Source: Bigelowiella natans CCMP2755 (taxonomy: Eukaryota > Protista > Cercozoa). From it: a stretch of DNA of 64,000 nucleotides. Made by a program: the position numbers and the translations under genes. Shown here piece after piece: positions 41,323 to 55,840 of the stretch. Below the pieces are notes generated by a model. It was not told the DNA's origin, did no database searches, and saw only the letters and a list, made by a program, of their open reading frames with translations. The stretch covers positions 1 to 64,000 of the forward strand of contig ADNK01001542.1 in NCBI GenBank assembly GCA_000320545.1, read 5' to 3'. Every line of letters starts with the position of its first letter. The stretch's first letter is position 1.

Positions 41323-42329
41323 TGTCCATATCTCTTTACTTCGCTTATAGAATCCTCATCCTCCTCCATATCCATTCTTTACCCATCATCAACATCAATC
41401 AATCAATCAATCAATCTATTATTATCATCATCATTATCATCATTGTCACCGTTACGACTGCGATGTACTGCTGACACAACAGGCTGGACGGCGGTTGGTG
41501 CAAGCCATCATCCTCCTAGAATTCATGGGCGCTACGATCATCGTCATGATCTTCATGTGGAAAAACTTTTCTTTCTTATTTCCAAGCATACCTTCTCACC
41601 TCGTAGCGATATGCCTCACAATCGCTGCAGCCCCTTCAGTATGGCTGCTCAACTTCGGGGAACTATCGTTCATCTCGCTCCTAGGCGTGGTCAGCAATGC
41701 CGCTATCATGTTGGCTCTCGTCGGTCTACTCATAAGTGAACCAGAGCAGATTCAGCCAGAAAAGTAATTATAGTCGTAGTAGTAGTGATAATGAGCTGGA
41801 GGAGGCGATTGTTATTAGGAATTGCTTTTGTTTTAGTGCTAAATCTGCTCCTGATGACACTGGTGTTAGTTAGTCTATATATTTGCATAAACCCAAAATA
41901 ATTGTTATGTTGTATCCAGAATCTTAGCAGTCAGATGTGCTATTTCTCCTTCTGCTGCTGCGGCGTTGTTGTCATCATCATGTGTTGATTTATTGACTCA
42001 TAATAGGTATGACACATATACATCAATGGAAGGGCTGTCAATTTCAATGGGAATATACACCGTTGCTCTTGCTGGTCACGCAGCGCTGCCCTCCGTATAT
42101 GCAGATATTGAAGATAAGTCTTCGATATTTTGGGTGGTGTCTCTATCGTTTGTCATTATGTGGTTCATATACTGCGCTACTGCTGCTGCAGGGTAATAAT
42201 AACTTAAAATAATAATGAATTACATGATGGCAATGATAGTAATAATAATAATAATACTCATAAAGGCGATAATAGTAATAAGAAGAAGGCCTACCAGAAA
42301 ATTTTCGCCGCCTCTGAACATTATCTTCT

Positions 42330-42370
<41 letters not shown>

Positions 42371-43545
42371 CATTTCTCGGTTGCAGCTTAGTGTTCTTTA
42401 TCATATTAAAAACACCAAAAGTAATACAGTGATATTCAATTAAAACACAACGTCTAGGAAATATATTCGCTGTTTGTGAGGAATTGGAAAATTACTCGTT
42501 GTTTGTTGTTGTACATCGTTCCTACGTGCGCACGTACTACTAGATATTTGTTTCATGGACGTGGAGCTCACGTTCTGGTCACAGAAGACATTATGATCAC
42601 AAATCCCGGAAGGGTTTTTGAGATTGTGACCCTGATGGTGCTTGCAAAGTCATACTGCTCCGTCTCTCCAATCGTCTCTATACTCAACGAGATCCCAGAG
42701 GCAGGGCTTGGTAATATATTTCCATCAATGTTTTAAACACTTGCACATCGTGAGAAGATGATGGTGATATTGATGATGACGATGATGATGATGATGACGT
42801 GAATCATAACAACCACGTTGGGTGGGCGGGTGGGGATGGACAAATAATACTGCTCATGATGTATTATAGCACTGTGCGGAGTAGCATATCAGTAGCTGAT
42901 TTATTCCTTTATATCGTCGGGATCTTTGAATTTCTGATATATGTATATGTAGTTTGAATTTGTAGATATGTGTGCGGTGGCGGTGACGATAATGATTATG
43001 TCCCTCACTGAGTCGTCGATCTGACAGATGATTCTTCCAAATGCCGTCCTAACCATAAATACAACAAAATTATATAATAAAGGAATTACAACGCCGTGGG
43101 TACGGAGAACGTCTCGCACTGTGTGTTTACTGGTTTTGTCGGTTTGCGCTTATGCATGCCAAGAGCATCTAGGGCTGGTAGAAGCCCTTACAGGATCAGC
43201 GTTTACGATGATGTCATCGTTCATTCTTCCGCCGCTATTCCTCGTCTTACTCTCGTAATGATGATAACAACATATCTAAATGATGCCACTATATCACAAC
43301 TTCTACTTACGATCATGTGGTTAACGCCTCTCAGATACAAAACGCCCGACCAAACACCGCACATTGGGCTGGGAAAAGCTCATCTGGAAGCCACCTCGCT
43401 TGTAAGGAAATTCACGAAATGGGACAGAGCCTACTACTGGTTCTTGGCCGTTATGGGCTTCATCGTTGGAGCTGTTTTTACATACGGGGACTTCCGGGAA
43501 CTATTCTCCGAAGTATCTCCTGCTGCTGTTGGATCGCCTCGTTGA
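39699..43545 (+). CDS. Amino acid/auxin permease (AAAP, Aa_trans; AVT1/SLC32-like vacuolar amino acid transporter), multi-exon
   Basis: Motifs TIVNIFVGLGMLSKPYSLAMGGW, TYPQLGEAAMG, LAGHAALPSVY and ALTGSAFTMMSSFILPPLF, with multiple TM segments and a hydrophilic N-terminus. Confidence 0.88.
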
Positions 43546-43749
43546 TTGACTGATTGATTCATTAATTAATTCATTGATTGATTCATTGATCATAACCTAA
43601 CAAGCGAGAATAATAGGGCTGGCAGCAGTACGTAGGCAGCGATGTTTGTATATCGTAAGTATTGCTATAATGAATATCAAGAGATCAGCGCAGTGGTAGC
43701 ATGCTGTAGAAGTACATCCAAATACGTTCAATATAATCATCAATTGGCG

Positions 43750-44750
43750 GGATATATGATGATGAATGTGATGTTACACCTATAAACTGTATTCACTTGC
43801 AACGCTACACGTGCAAGTCAATAGATGTGCGCTGTTCAATTTCATGCAGCCTTTATTTTTGCAACTCGTATGTCTAGATGTGTGTAATTAAGCATGCATG
43901 TGGTCATTCTAGTGTACGTTCTAGTAGCATCATTGTGTATGTGATAGCTATCCAGCTATGTAACATAATAAACAACAGTCACATTCAATTATTCACATAC
44001 ATGCATATCTAGATACATAGACACTAAAATGTGATGCACTAGTGCATGTGATGATACACTGTGCTCTATAAGCAAATGCACACATACGCACACTTGTGCC
44101 CGTGCATGTGTACATTACACACATATGCGTGCATATCTAGATATATGCATCTGTACGTGTGATGAATTGTGTGTGTATTTATTTATTTTTCACACATCTT
44201 GCAAGACATGCTAGCATGGATCATCTTTTTAAATGCTAGTTTGCGATCGAAGCACACAAACACTAATGATGACGTACAGCGTACATTGCGTTATCATTTG
44301 AATGCCATCATGGATCGCAACACGGAGACGAAAATGCTAATTCATAGCTGGCGGAGACAAACAGACAACATCAACGCAGTAGCCGCTGCTTTGCATGGCT
44401 AGATGGCTACATCACTAGATCAGGATGACTATTGACTCACGTGAAAAGATTTAATCATAATCAAATCATTATATCCGTCTCATTTTTATTACATATCTTG
44501 TATTACTAACCGTTGCACTGCACACACGACCAAACGATGGCACATAATTAATGCGTGTTCATACATCAGCTGATAAGTATGTCACGCTATTTCGATCTAG
44601 CTGTTGCACACTTTCCATCATCCAAATCCATTATTGTGCCTGCAATTAACCACATTTCTACAGATGTTGTTATCGCACATGATCATCATTGTCAGTCTCT
44701 CCCATTGATCGACACGAACAGTTGTAGAATTTGACTGACTCCCCTCAATT
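43750..44750. repeat. Partially TpA-depleted island 4 between convergent gene ends
   Basis: TGCA/CATG/CACA-rich with tctaga/gctagc survivors. Contains family B copy 2. Confidence 0.65.
44357..44485 (+). repeat. Dispersed repeat family B, copy 2
   Basis: Aligns with 8017-8116. Confidence 0.85.
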
Positions 44751-44769
44751 CGCTGTTTTATCAACGTCG

Positions 44770-46783
44770 TTATCTATCCTCGCTTGCTGAATGACCACCA
44801 CCATAAGCCTGGAACAAAGATTGAGAATCTGCAATGAAACCACTCGTCCGACCTCCAGCTCTTTCAGCAGCGAGCGCAGTATCGCTCAAGTCCATTCGAA
44901 GCAAACTTGCAGTACCACTTCCATCCCACCCTTTTGGATGAACGCTTCCTACTGAAACGAACATAAAGACACGCACATCGAGAGTGAACAAAGAGCTGCT
45001 CTATCTTTATGCTGCCAATTTGTCCCCCCCTCCTCATCTTGCCGGGCATTTTGTACTACTACTACTACTACTACTACTACTATTCATTTTTCCTTCTGCT
45101 GTTTTGTACTATGACTATTCACGCACGTTGCATCCTCCTCTCACCACCCTCGCCATATTCTTTATCAAATTCCTTATAGAAGTGGTTGTCCTCGCCAATA
45201 CCAGCATCATCAGCTATTGTGATGGATGAGAACCAGAAATAGGTAAAAGATAAAAAGCATAGTAGTTGTGATGGATGAGAATCAGATATAGTAGGACAAA
45301 GATAAGAAGCATAGTAAAATAATATGGCTTCTTAAGTGGTTTTAATTCATCAAGATCCATCAGAATCATTCAGGCACATTTTCCCTAACGCCCAAAGACT
45401 TTCCGCAAAACAACAAGTAAAGTTAAAGAAAAACCGGAATAGGGAAAAAATCACTGCATGCCTGTTTTGTCGCGATTAAGATCTTCCATGAGTGTTCCCA
45501 CGGCCCTTTCTATATCACCAGCATTCTTACTTAACGCAACAATGTTTTCCTCCACGTTCTTAAATCCCATTTTCTGCATCTTCCGCGCCTTCTCGGCTAT
45601 CATATCCAAATTGGCCTCTATTTTTCTCTGAGATACAGATTTATCCTCCTCCTCGTCCTGGAGAAGTAACGTGGCATTAAGAAATCTTAATAACTAATTC
45701 GCTACGAATGATGATGGTGATGATGATGATGATGGTGATGATGATGGTGATGATGATGGTGATGATAATTATGCAAAAATGTGGAAGATAATAGGTTCAA
45801 TGTTCAGGCATGCGTTTCGAAGTCTTCTCGATGATTCCCTCCCTCTTGTGTAAAAAGTAGTTGGAAAAATCACCAATCAATGGAAAGAGACCAAAAATTA
45901 GCACAGCTGTTTGATGCAAGCTGAAAGCTATGAATGGCAAGTTTCATTCGCAATCTACCTCGAGATTGTATCGACTATTAACCAGCAGAACATCGATAGG
46001 ATGCACACGCACCTTACCTATGAAATAACGAATGCAACATAAAAATTGGGAACTTTAATCATCAGCAGACGTTGGGCGCATAACATCGAAAAAAAAAGAA
46101 CTCGAAAAGCTACGCCGAACGACCAAGCCCGAGAGATGTACCTCCTTGCCACTCCACCAGAATCTAAATGTGATAATAATTTGGATTTGGAATTGTTAAT
46201 ATATATGATGTTGGCGATAATGTCATGCTTTATTTTTTTGAAAGATTGACGAGCATGCGTTTGATTGTTACTCTTCTTATATTCCATCACCACCTCTGCA
46301 CTTGGCTCGATATACTCTTGCCCCTTTGGACTAGCGGACTCTCCGTATCTCCAAATTCCTTTTAGTTTGTCATCATCCAAATAGTCTTAATAATACGCTG
46401 AATTGCTAGTCATATGCTACTGCACAACCGGATAAAAATGTTGGGAATGTAACAAATACAAACACAACCTTTGTGCAGAAAGGAAGGGGGAATGAAACTG
46501 AGATTACATTCTGACTGTATTCGCTCCCACACCGCTATTATAATCGCTATAGGAGTACCTATAATTGTTCCCTCCACGTTTTTCATCACGTTTTTCTTGT
46601 CCAAAGTTCTTTTAGTTTCACAGAAGAGCAAGCAAAATTGGTAAGAATATCGATAGCGAACGAAATTTGCCGCGGTAGGTGTAAATGTCCACATTCTGTG
46701 ATGACTGTCATCTTAAAATATAATTTGTGTGGGAAAGTGTTAATACGCAGAAATAATCACACAAACACTAACATTTGCCGAAC

Positions 46784-46822
<39 letters not shown>

Positions 46823-47536
46823 ACAGACACACAGACATACGCAAGAATAGACTAGGCAAATGAAATACTACTTTATGGTAGTATAATTGTGCGACCTCTT
46901 ATTGACATCGAATCGGACCTTCACACCTTCTCGGCACTCTGACCATATCAGCTAAGAAAAAGAACAATAATGTTGTCATCAACGTTCGCAGTCACTCACG
47001 ATGAGGATAAAACTATAAGGGAATGGTACTTACAAGATGAGACATAAAAAATGTCGCAACTGTTTAATATATACAAATTGAGAAATGAACAATATAAAAA
47101 TAGATGGGGTTGGGGCTGACCGGCTTCCATTCTGTCTTATTGACTAGCCAAGAGTCATCTTGCCATTCGTTCTCCGCTGTTCAATGAAATTAAATGGAAT
47201 ATCCAATCAATCTAACTAACAACGAGGTTTATGCTATTTGAATTAATTGGTCAATATCATGATTCTCATGTATATTTATAGAAAGAATAAACTTACTTGT
47301 ATCCCCTGTCTCGGAACCTCCCTAGTCAAGGTGAAATGATAACAGACACAAAACATATTATACCAGTACTGATGAGTAATAAAGACAGGTTGTAAACACA
47401 CCTTTCCAGCTGCTAACCGAGCAGCCTTTTTTAAACTTCGTCTGATGGAATTTTTATCAAATATAAATATCTAATTCGTATAAACATGTTTATATTCCCC
47501 CTCTCCCCCCCTCTCTTTCTCTCTCATACCAAACCC

Positions 47537-47575
<39 letters not shown>

Positions 47576-49515
47576 ACTTCTCACACAAAGATCACATGCA
47601 AGATGCAAGAGAAGCTCACTATATTGCGGAAATGAAAGAAGTCAACACGTAGTAGCTGAAACACAATGGATAGGATGTGGAAAAGCAACCTTTGTTCCTT
47701 TTCAATATTCCTTTTTCGAGCGGTGTACGTGTTGGTATTATCCATTGCCTCTACCAAACTCCTCATGCCTACAGGACGGTCCCTACTCATCATATACAAT
47801 CCCACATATCTCAGGACTTTTCATTCTTTGAGAATCAAGTTCCAATAGTTCTTTTTTATCGGTGCAATCTTGTAGTGTACTGCATAAGTAACGGACGTTC
47901 CAAAATAATGGTCTGCATGGATTCTACATGCTGACTAAAACGACAAAGCATACAGAAGTAGCTATAAGGTCAAAGAAACAATAATGAATCGAAAGAAGAC
48001 AGTTGTTGGCAATTTGTCAATAGCATAGATACGAGGTATTGTGATGACCGACACCCACCTTAAAAACTGGTTAGTGCTAGGCCTTCGGTAGTACACCTTG
48101 AAGATCATGATCATGAACAACAGTCACAAGACAATAAAAACACAACTTGGAAAAATTACTCGTTTTATTTTTCAAAATACAAAATTTTGAAGCGGCAAAA
48201 TGCGTTCTTCGTTTTGTGCTACGATTAGGAACGGACACAGGTGGTAGCAAACAGCGCAGTGTGAAGGCAGCAGCACAACAACCAACAACACAATGCTAAT
48301 GCTACCAACCATATCTGAAATGTCATCCACGTGCATCTCCCAGCCGCTTGCTAATTCTCCCTGATAGTTGTTCGGAATGATGTCAAAATGTTGAATCATT
48401 GTCATTCAGCGCAGATCCGCCTCGAGCAGCAGCACAATTTTGTGTCGCAAATGATGGTTTCATGCACATCCGACCTTGGCGTCCTCGAATTTAAGCAATT
48501 TCTGGCGAAATGACAGCAACGTGGCATTCTACGATAACGTTCATACACAAGAGCAAAACAACCACAATAATCCCAGAAGTATTGAAAATCCAATCCTTAA
48601 CGTTGAATCTCTCAACATAATCCCAGAAGTATTGAAAATCCAATCCTTAACGTTGAATCTCTCAACATAAGACACTAAGCCACTACATACGTGATCGATG
48701 TCCACACGCCACTATACCTTCGGTGCTGCGAGTCGTCTTAGTTGTGAATCGGGTGCTTGAACCTCGCTTTTGCGACGGAAAAAGAGGATGTTCTCTCGTA
48801 GTTCCTGTGCGGTTCTGATCATATTTAATTGTATGGGAGGGTTAGCGCAATTAATAAGGCACTACTTGACGATTATCATAACCAGTGCGCGCTCTCTCTC
48901 TCTCTCTCTCTCTAGCTGCTGTATTATAACAAGTTAAGATGTACTTGCTGCTGCGAAGCTTAGAACTTCTTATGATTATATTTAAGGTTTATCTTTGGAT
49001 TGGCTCTCCCCCCCCCCCCCCCTTCAAATCTTACTGTCGGAGAAAGTCATTCTTCGGATCTCGGTAGAGGGCAGGTAGCAACTGGAACAGTTTCTGTGAA
49101 AGAGAAGGAGAGAAGGAACCATGTATACCCGTTAGAAGGTTGCGTGTTGGCGCTTTGCAAGGTGATAACATGTTGACCACGGATGGCTAGCTGCATCCTA
49201 ATTTCGTGTGTCTTCTCTTGAAGTAGGAAAAACAAAGAATGGTTTGAACAATCTAAATCACCTGTTTGCCTTGTTCTTCCATCGCCTTCAGTTTCCCATA
49301 TTCTTCAGCTTTTAAGCTCTACAATATTGCCAGATATTAAACATGTATACGATCACGTAAGGGCAAGCTAGACGGTTAGATCTTTCAATTCTTCTATAAG
49401 GCGTCTGCACACATCGTTACTACATGCACGACTACCAGTCGCATATTCGTGGGGAGTACTCGAAGCTGGTCAGGCCGCAGTAAGACAACTGACGTGTTAT
49501 GTTATCATCATCGTA

Positions 49516-49557
<42 letters not shown>

Positions 49558-52104
49558 CTCTCTGCCCTTCTCTCCCTTTATGTATGTGTGTGTGTGACGT
49601 TCCTTCTATATACACGCATAGAAAAACTGTTACTACCATCATCTCCGTCATTGAGTGAAACTTCATACTGAATAATATGGGTGGTATGAGAATGATGATG
49701 ATGCGAGTAGCAGCCCAAACGACATAATGAAATTAGTTAATCATCGATAATGTAATCGAGAATGTAATATATTGCTTTGACTCGACTTGCAGAGCCGTTG
49801 TGTTATTTACCCGCCCCCTGTAGTTTATCCCTCCTGTGATCTCGCCGATGCTTCCTGAAAGAGCAGATATTACCGGGGTTTTGACAAATTAAGTGCCTTT
49901 CTCCCCTGTCAACTGCAGATGTGCGACTAATGGTATAGATCTTTAGTAAGCTGTGTAAGTGTGTGTTTGTGTTGTATGTTTATTTTTCATTGCTTCGATG
50001 ATGACCCCGGCAAGAAGATAAGAGAGGTATATCAATCTCATGCACAAGAACCTGATGATCATAGACACATATTCACCAACAATTGTTCTTCATCATTAAC
50101 ACTGAAAATAGATACATGTACTCGCGCATACACCAAGCGTCACCTACTCACAAACACACACACATAGACACGCGACGCCCAGGCCCTCTTCGGCCCTCGC
50201 TAGCACCTTCTCGCCGACTTTGAAAACCGGCATTTTGGCTGGTACTATTGGGTTGCGAGGGGGCAGCGATATGTCCATACCACCTTCATTTTCCTGGTTA
50301 TTTTCCCATCAATACGTCATCAAAAAAGGGAGAAGGAGGAGGAGATGGATAAAGGGAAAGAGAAAATATATTAATTTTTTCGCGGCGGTTTGTTACATCA
50401 TGGTTATTAAAGAGTACCTGTGAGTTGAATGAGCGCAGTTCATTGTATGTGGGAGATAAGTAACGATTCTCTTTCTTTGGCATCAAGCGATGGAACAACG
50501 TCTCCCAGTATTCTATTCAATGTATTTGTACAGAAACACAACGTTTCCTTCAAATAATATGCAAAGAATAATTCATTTTCCCATTAATACTAATGTGCCA
50601 TCGTGTCGGCTATCACCATCGCAATATCAAATCGCATCTTCATCATCGATCTTGTCAGTGTTTTGTGGAGTAATTTATTACCTAGAGCTGTTGGCTTCGA
50701 CATGATCGATTTGTGATATCCTGCATGATGAGGTGGGTGATCAAATCGGAATATCCACCAACCACTCGCAACTATATGCTATAAAATCACCACGTACAAA
50801 CTTATAAAACCGTGAAAATGCAGCTGTCGCGTGTGTGCGTTGACCTACCTCTTCCTTTCTTGCCTGAATCTGCCATTTCTTCTCGGTACATTCTGTCCCA
50901 ATAATTCACTTATTTAGAATCGATGTCGATTTGATGAAAGAGGAAATTGGAGGTGTAGGAGGGGAGAGAACAAGCGATAGAATTGCAAGTAGGAATGGTA
51001 ATTGGTGGCTGATCTTCAAAAGCAGCTCTATGATATATCACTACCTCAATAATTGCGAATCCCCAACGACATCGGCGAAATTCAACTATTATGCACATAG
51101 ATTTGGTAAAAGGCTGTTGTTTTGATGTGTGTCTTCACAGGGCTTGCGTGCATATGAACAACATCCTCTGCAGGTATACATGCGGACTCTTTTTTTAGAA
51201 AGCAAATATTAGCCTTTATTCACATGGAAACGCATGCATCTACCGTCGCATTGGTGAAGATGGTTTTGCCATCGTAGAAGTAGACCTGTGCATCATTAGT
51301 CCGTATTATTATTATACACATACAAGAATATATACTATGATGAATGTGCGGTGGTAGATACCGGCATGTCCATTCTTGCTTCTCCTCGAAGCTTTGTCAA
51401 TTCCCACGGGTAAAAAGGACCTTTTCCAAATAGCCGGGAGAGGAGGGAGGGAGATCAATATTTGCATGAAACGCATAGTCTTACTTCGTCCAAAAAGGAG
51501 TAACAAGTATACAATATATATTATTTTATGTGTAGTGATTCACGCATGCCTTGACCCATAAAAGGCATCAAAACCTTGAAGTCCGTCGTATCGATCTAAA
51601 TCGTCTTTTGTTTTGTTTGGGTTTATGTTTATTCCTCCGCATAGGCCTGGATCGTAGAAATACCCCACCTTGCCCGTCCTGCAAACATGCACACACAGCA
51701 CATACAGCACAACACACACAACACACACATATACACACGCACATCAATATAAACATACTGCAAAAGAGCCCTAACTAACCCCACTGCATTCGCTAAGAGG
51801 CAAAACCTTGCTAGAATTATTGAACGAACATCTGGATTTTGCAACACCGTCACTGCTTCATCATGTAGCCGTTGTACATCTGTGAGTATCATTATTCATA
51901 TTTTAGGCTTTGAAAAATATACCATTTTGCACGTGCGCGTTGGATAACGACAATAGAGCGCAGTTTATGATTTAATATATATACTCTATATATATACTCT
52001 ATATATATAGTATATATATTTTGCGACCTGATCTGTGGTCCTCTTCAGCATCCGAATCGTACTTTTGATAATTGTCATTAGATTATCATTATCCAGATAT
52101 ATAT

Positions 52105-52141
<37 letters not shown>

Positions 52142-55100
52142 TATCATGGTAGCAATCAATCAACCGATGAAATTTTTAAGGTGGTGGTGTAAGAGCAGTT
52201 ATTCACGTAAATAATAATAATAATATAAATGGAATTAGTAATAGTAAAATAATAATACATAGTTTGCATCATGATGCCTGTGTTACTATCACAGGTTGTT
52301 CTATCTTCTCTCTCCCAATAATCGTACCTTACTAATAGCCGATGGGGCATTACGTGCTGTGCGGTGAAGAACGATGCCTGTTGATTCTTCAAACTGAGCA
52401 AAGACATATTTCATCAGATATGAATAAAATACCATCTTCAATTACGCCCAAATAGGCCCCAATTTACACGGTCAGTCATCATAGTATCCCATGTTTCTTT
52501 TGGCATTATATCGACTACTATTACCACTTGAGTTCCATTGATAACCATCGGAACCCAGTATCCATTGGAGAGTCTTACAAACTCGCTTCCATCTGTTATT
52601 CATTCATAACCATCAATACTACCGTCAATGACATGATCATCATCATCGTCATCATCATAATGCACGTCACCATGAAAAGAGAAACATCTTAGAAATATAA
52701 TCATCGGAAATCTATCTGAATAATGAATAACAATAGGAATAATAATAATATATATATCTCATCAATACGAACGTAATTTTTCCTAACTAACCGGATGAGT
52801 TGTTGAGCCTCTCGACAGCGTGGAAAATCATGCCTTCATCAATGAAACTACACAATGACGATGACAGAAGGCAAATAATGACTCATTTGTTCTCGCACAG
52901 CTAATTTGAAATAAGCATACAAGCGTATACATGTATGTTATATCATATTAAATTAAAGTGAACCCGTGCTGTTCCCAGTCAGCGACATCTGTTATCTGCA
53001 AAAATATATAGGAAATACAAGCGACACGAAACGATCTAAAGCCAATGTTTCGAATAGAACAAAAATCTGACGAGGTAAATACAACTTACATCTAGTGATC
53101 GATAATCAACTACATTTCTCTATGGATTTTACAAATCAATTTGAATTATCCCTAAACATAACGAATGAACGTGGTGATCTTGCTCAGTCATAATACTGCA
53201 TGCATCTAGGCTAACAGAAGGTGCTGTTTGGTATCAACGTTGGGCGAGAGACGGAAGGCGACGCCGTTTGGATGGATACATCGTAACCGGATATATCTGA
53301 GTTGTTATGCCAGAAAGGGCAATGGTTGGTGTAGGAATCATCGTTGCTCGCATATCGACGTAACAACAGCACTGTTTCCGACAGGATATTGCATCGATCA
53401 TCACCGTGTTTCATTGCTGCTTCCAGAAGGAATACCATCGTCCTCAACAATATCTAGGTTCTCCTTTATATGCAAAGACATAGAATGTACATAACTCACA
53501 CAAAACTGACTATTGCGTTTTTTGTATATTACATGTTACAAATACTATCATTTTTTGGTTGAGAGTGTGCGTATATCTTCCCACCCAGCTTTAAAGCGAA
53601 TGCACTCCATGTCAAACAGAGAGCAATCGTCCGCCGAGGCGTTAACAAATAACAACAGGCACTACTACTACTGCCACCATTACTACTATCTCACATAATA
53701 CTCGAATATGCTTTGCAGCCATCTTCTCCCCTTCTGTCGTACTGTATTCATAAAGAGTTGAAACATCGGTTAGTTATCTGAAGAGACTTCTGCTGATAAG
53801 GTATCTAGGTTCTTCGTTTCCATCATCATCATCACGCACCTTAAACTCTCGAAAATGAACGTTTGGTTGGTTCGATTAATTTCTTCGATAGAATCAACTG
53901 CAAGGTAGAAGAAGAACAGAGATATACACAAAATACAATGTACGATGGTCACCGATACTCAAAGCACTTTATATGAATATCATAAGCTCAAAAAATCCAT
54001 TTATTATTAAGTTTTCTCTACAAGCGTATGCTCTCTAAACAGCAGAAAAGGTAGCATCATCGGCTACTTCTTTCATCATCAACATCGTCATTTCTATAGC
54101 CAGCACCTGACACTTCCGAGCTGCAATCCCCAGAAACGCTATCAGCAAACTCGATCTAAACAAACAAAACGATATCAATCACAAACACACACACACACAC
54201 ACACACATGTATGCATGCATACGCACAGGCAAACACACAATTATCACAAAAATAATCTCAAAAGCATCATTTTCATAGATAAACATACACTCATGCATGC
54301 TTAATAGCATGCGGTTAACATCGTGAAGAACACACTTCTGTCTCGTAATTCGCCGGTGTCGGTGCGTTGCAATAACCAGCTTCTTCTGTGGTTTTATCTG
54401 CATAGCACCACAAAAAACAAAACAATTTTTATGTAAAAACGGAAGCAAAGATACGCTCCTCCCCTCATCCCGTCTCTGGATACTGTTATCACGGTGAATT
54501 ATGGCTTGGTCATTTTATGGCACAACAACTTGATTTGATTGATTTCACCGATATTCATCTGCCGCCAGTGCTCAAGAAGCAAGCCATCCCCAATAACATC
54601 CGCATACATCACAAGCTGAGCGTCATTGGGAGTGAAGAATGGAAGGGAGGGGAGAAGAAGTCAACGACAACAACAACAACAACGATAAGAATAACAACAC
54701 GCCACAGGAACAATCTTGGCCCTCCCGACCTTGTTCTCCTCCGTTGTGTTTGTAGTCTTTCTAAAGCGACGCATTGGAAGGTCCATTGGCAGCCTATTGC
54801 GCCATTTGCGTAGCACCTTGATGAAGAGAGAGAAAGAGAGAGAAAGAGAGAGAAAGAGAGAGATAAGGATACAACGGCTTGGATGTTGACAGATAATGAT
54901 ACTATGAAGGATACAACGGCTTGGATGTTGACAGATAATGATACTATGCTAAATAGGTACATAAACGATTTACCTTAATGCTATATGGCCCTCTAACCAC
55001 ACCCGTAGCATCTTCATAGCAATAAGCGCTCTCCTGCTCAGTACGATGAGAGGAAAAGTGGATGCATGATGATCAAGATGTAGCACTAGTTGATAAGAAT

Positions 55101-55800
55101 ACAACACATCGAATCTCCTTTGAATTTTGTTCCTAAGACATGCTTTGGAGCATGTTACAAGGAAAACTCGAGTAGTTATACGCGTGCCTTATTGCTACTC
55201 CTATCGTATATGCTGTTATGCAGGCAGCTATAGCTATTTGGAGATCATCGGTGAATACCTGGCTTATGCCTTGTTTTCTCTTCTTGATCGTCGTTTTATC
55301 CGATGTCGGCTGCTGCTGCTGCTTCACAAAGTTTTCCATGGCCTGATGATGACAAAATGCACACATTATCTCGAAATATATCATGGTTGCATTAATAAGG
55401 ACGGTAGCAATGGATTATTCTATGAAACCACCTCGGTAGCCTTTAATCCGAGTTCTTTCATCCGCCTTTCAATACCAAGACCTGTATAGTTTACACGTAT
55501 ATACAATATTTATAATACTTAAACAAGTATAGAATACATACCTGGTTGCTTTCCCTCCAAGGCCGCTAATGTGCGAGCCTATGTGGATTAAGAAGAATGA
55601 TTTGTGCAAATCAACAACTCCTCATTCAATCCTAAACTGCATTCATATCATCGGCCGTGGAATGTTGATTTACATGATTTTCATCGTAAACGAGGATGGC
55701 GATTTTTCGTTTTTTGCTTCGGTTCTCCTCGTTGGTGAGATCATATCGATGATCAGGATTCATCTTTCATTTCTCTCAGTTTCTCTCCCTCTCACATGTA

Positions 55801-55840
<40 letters not shown>

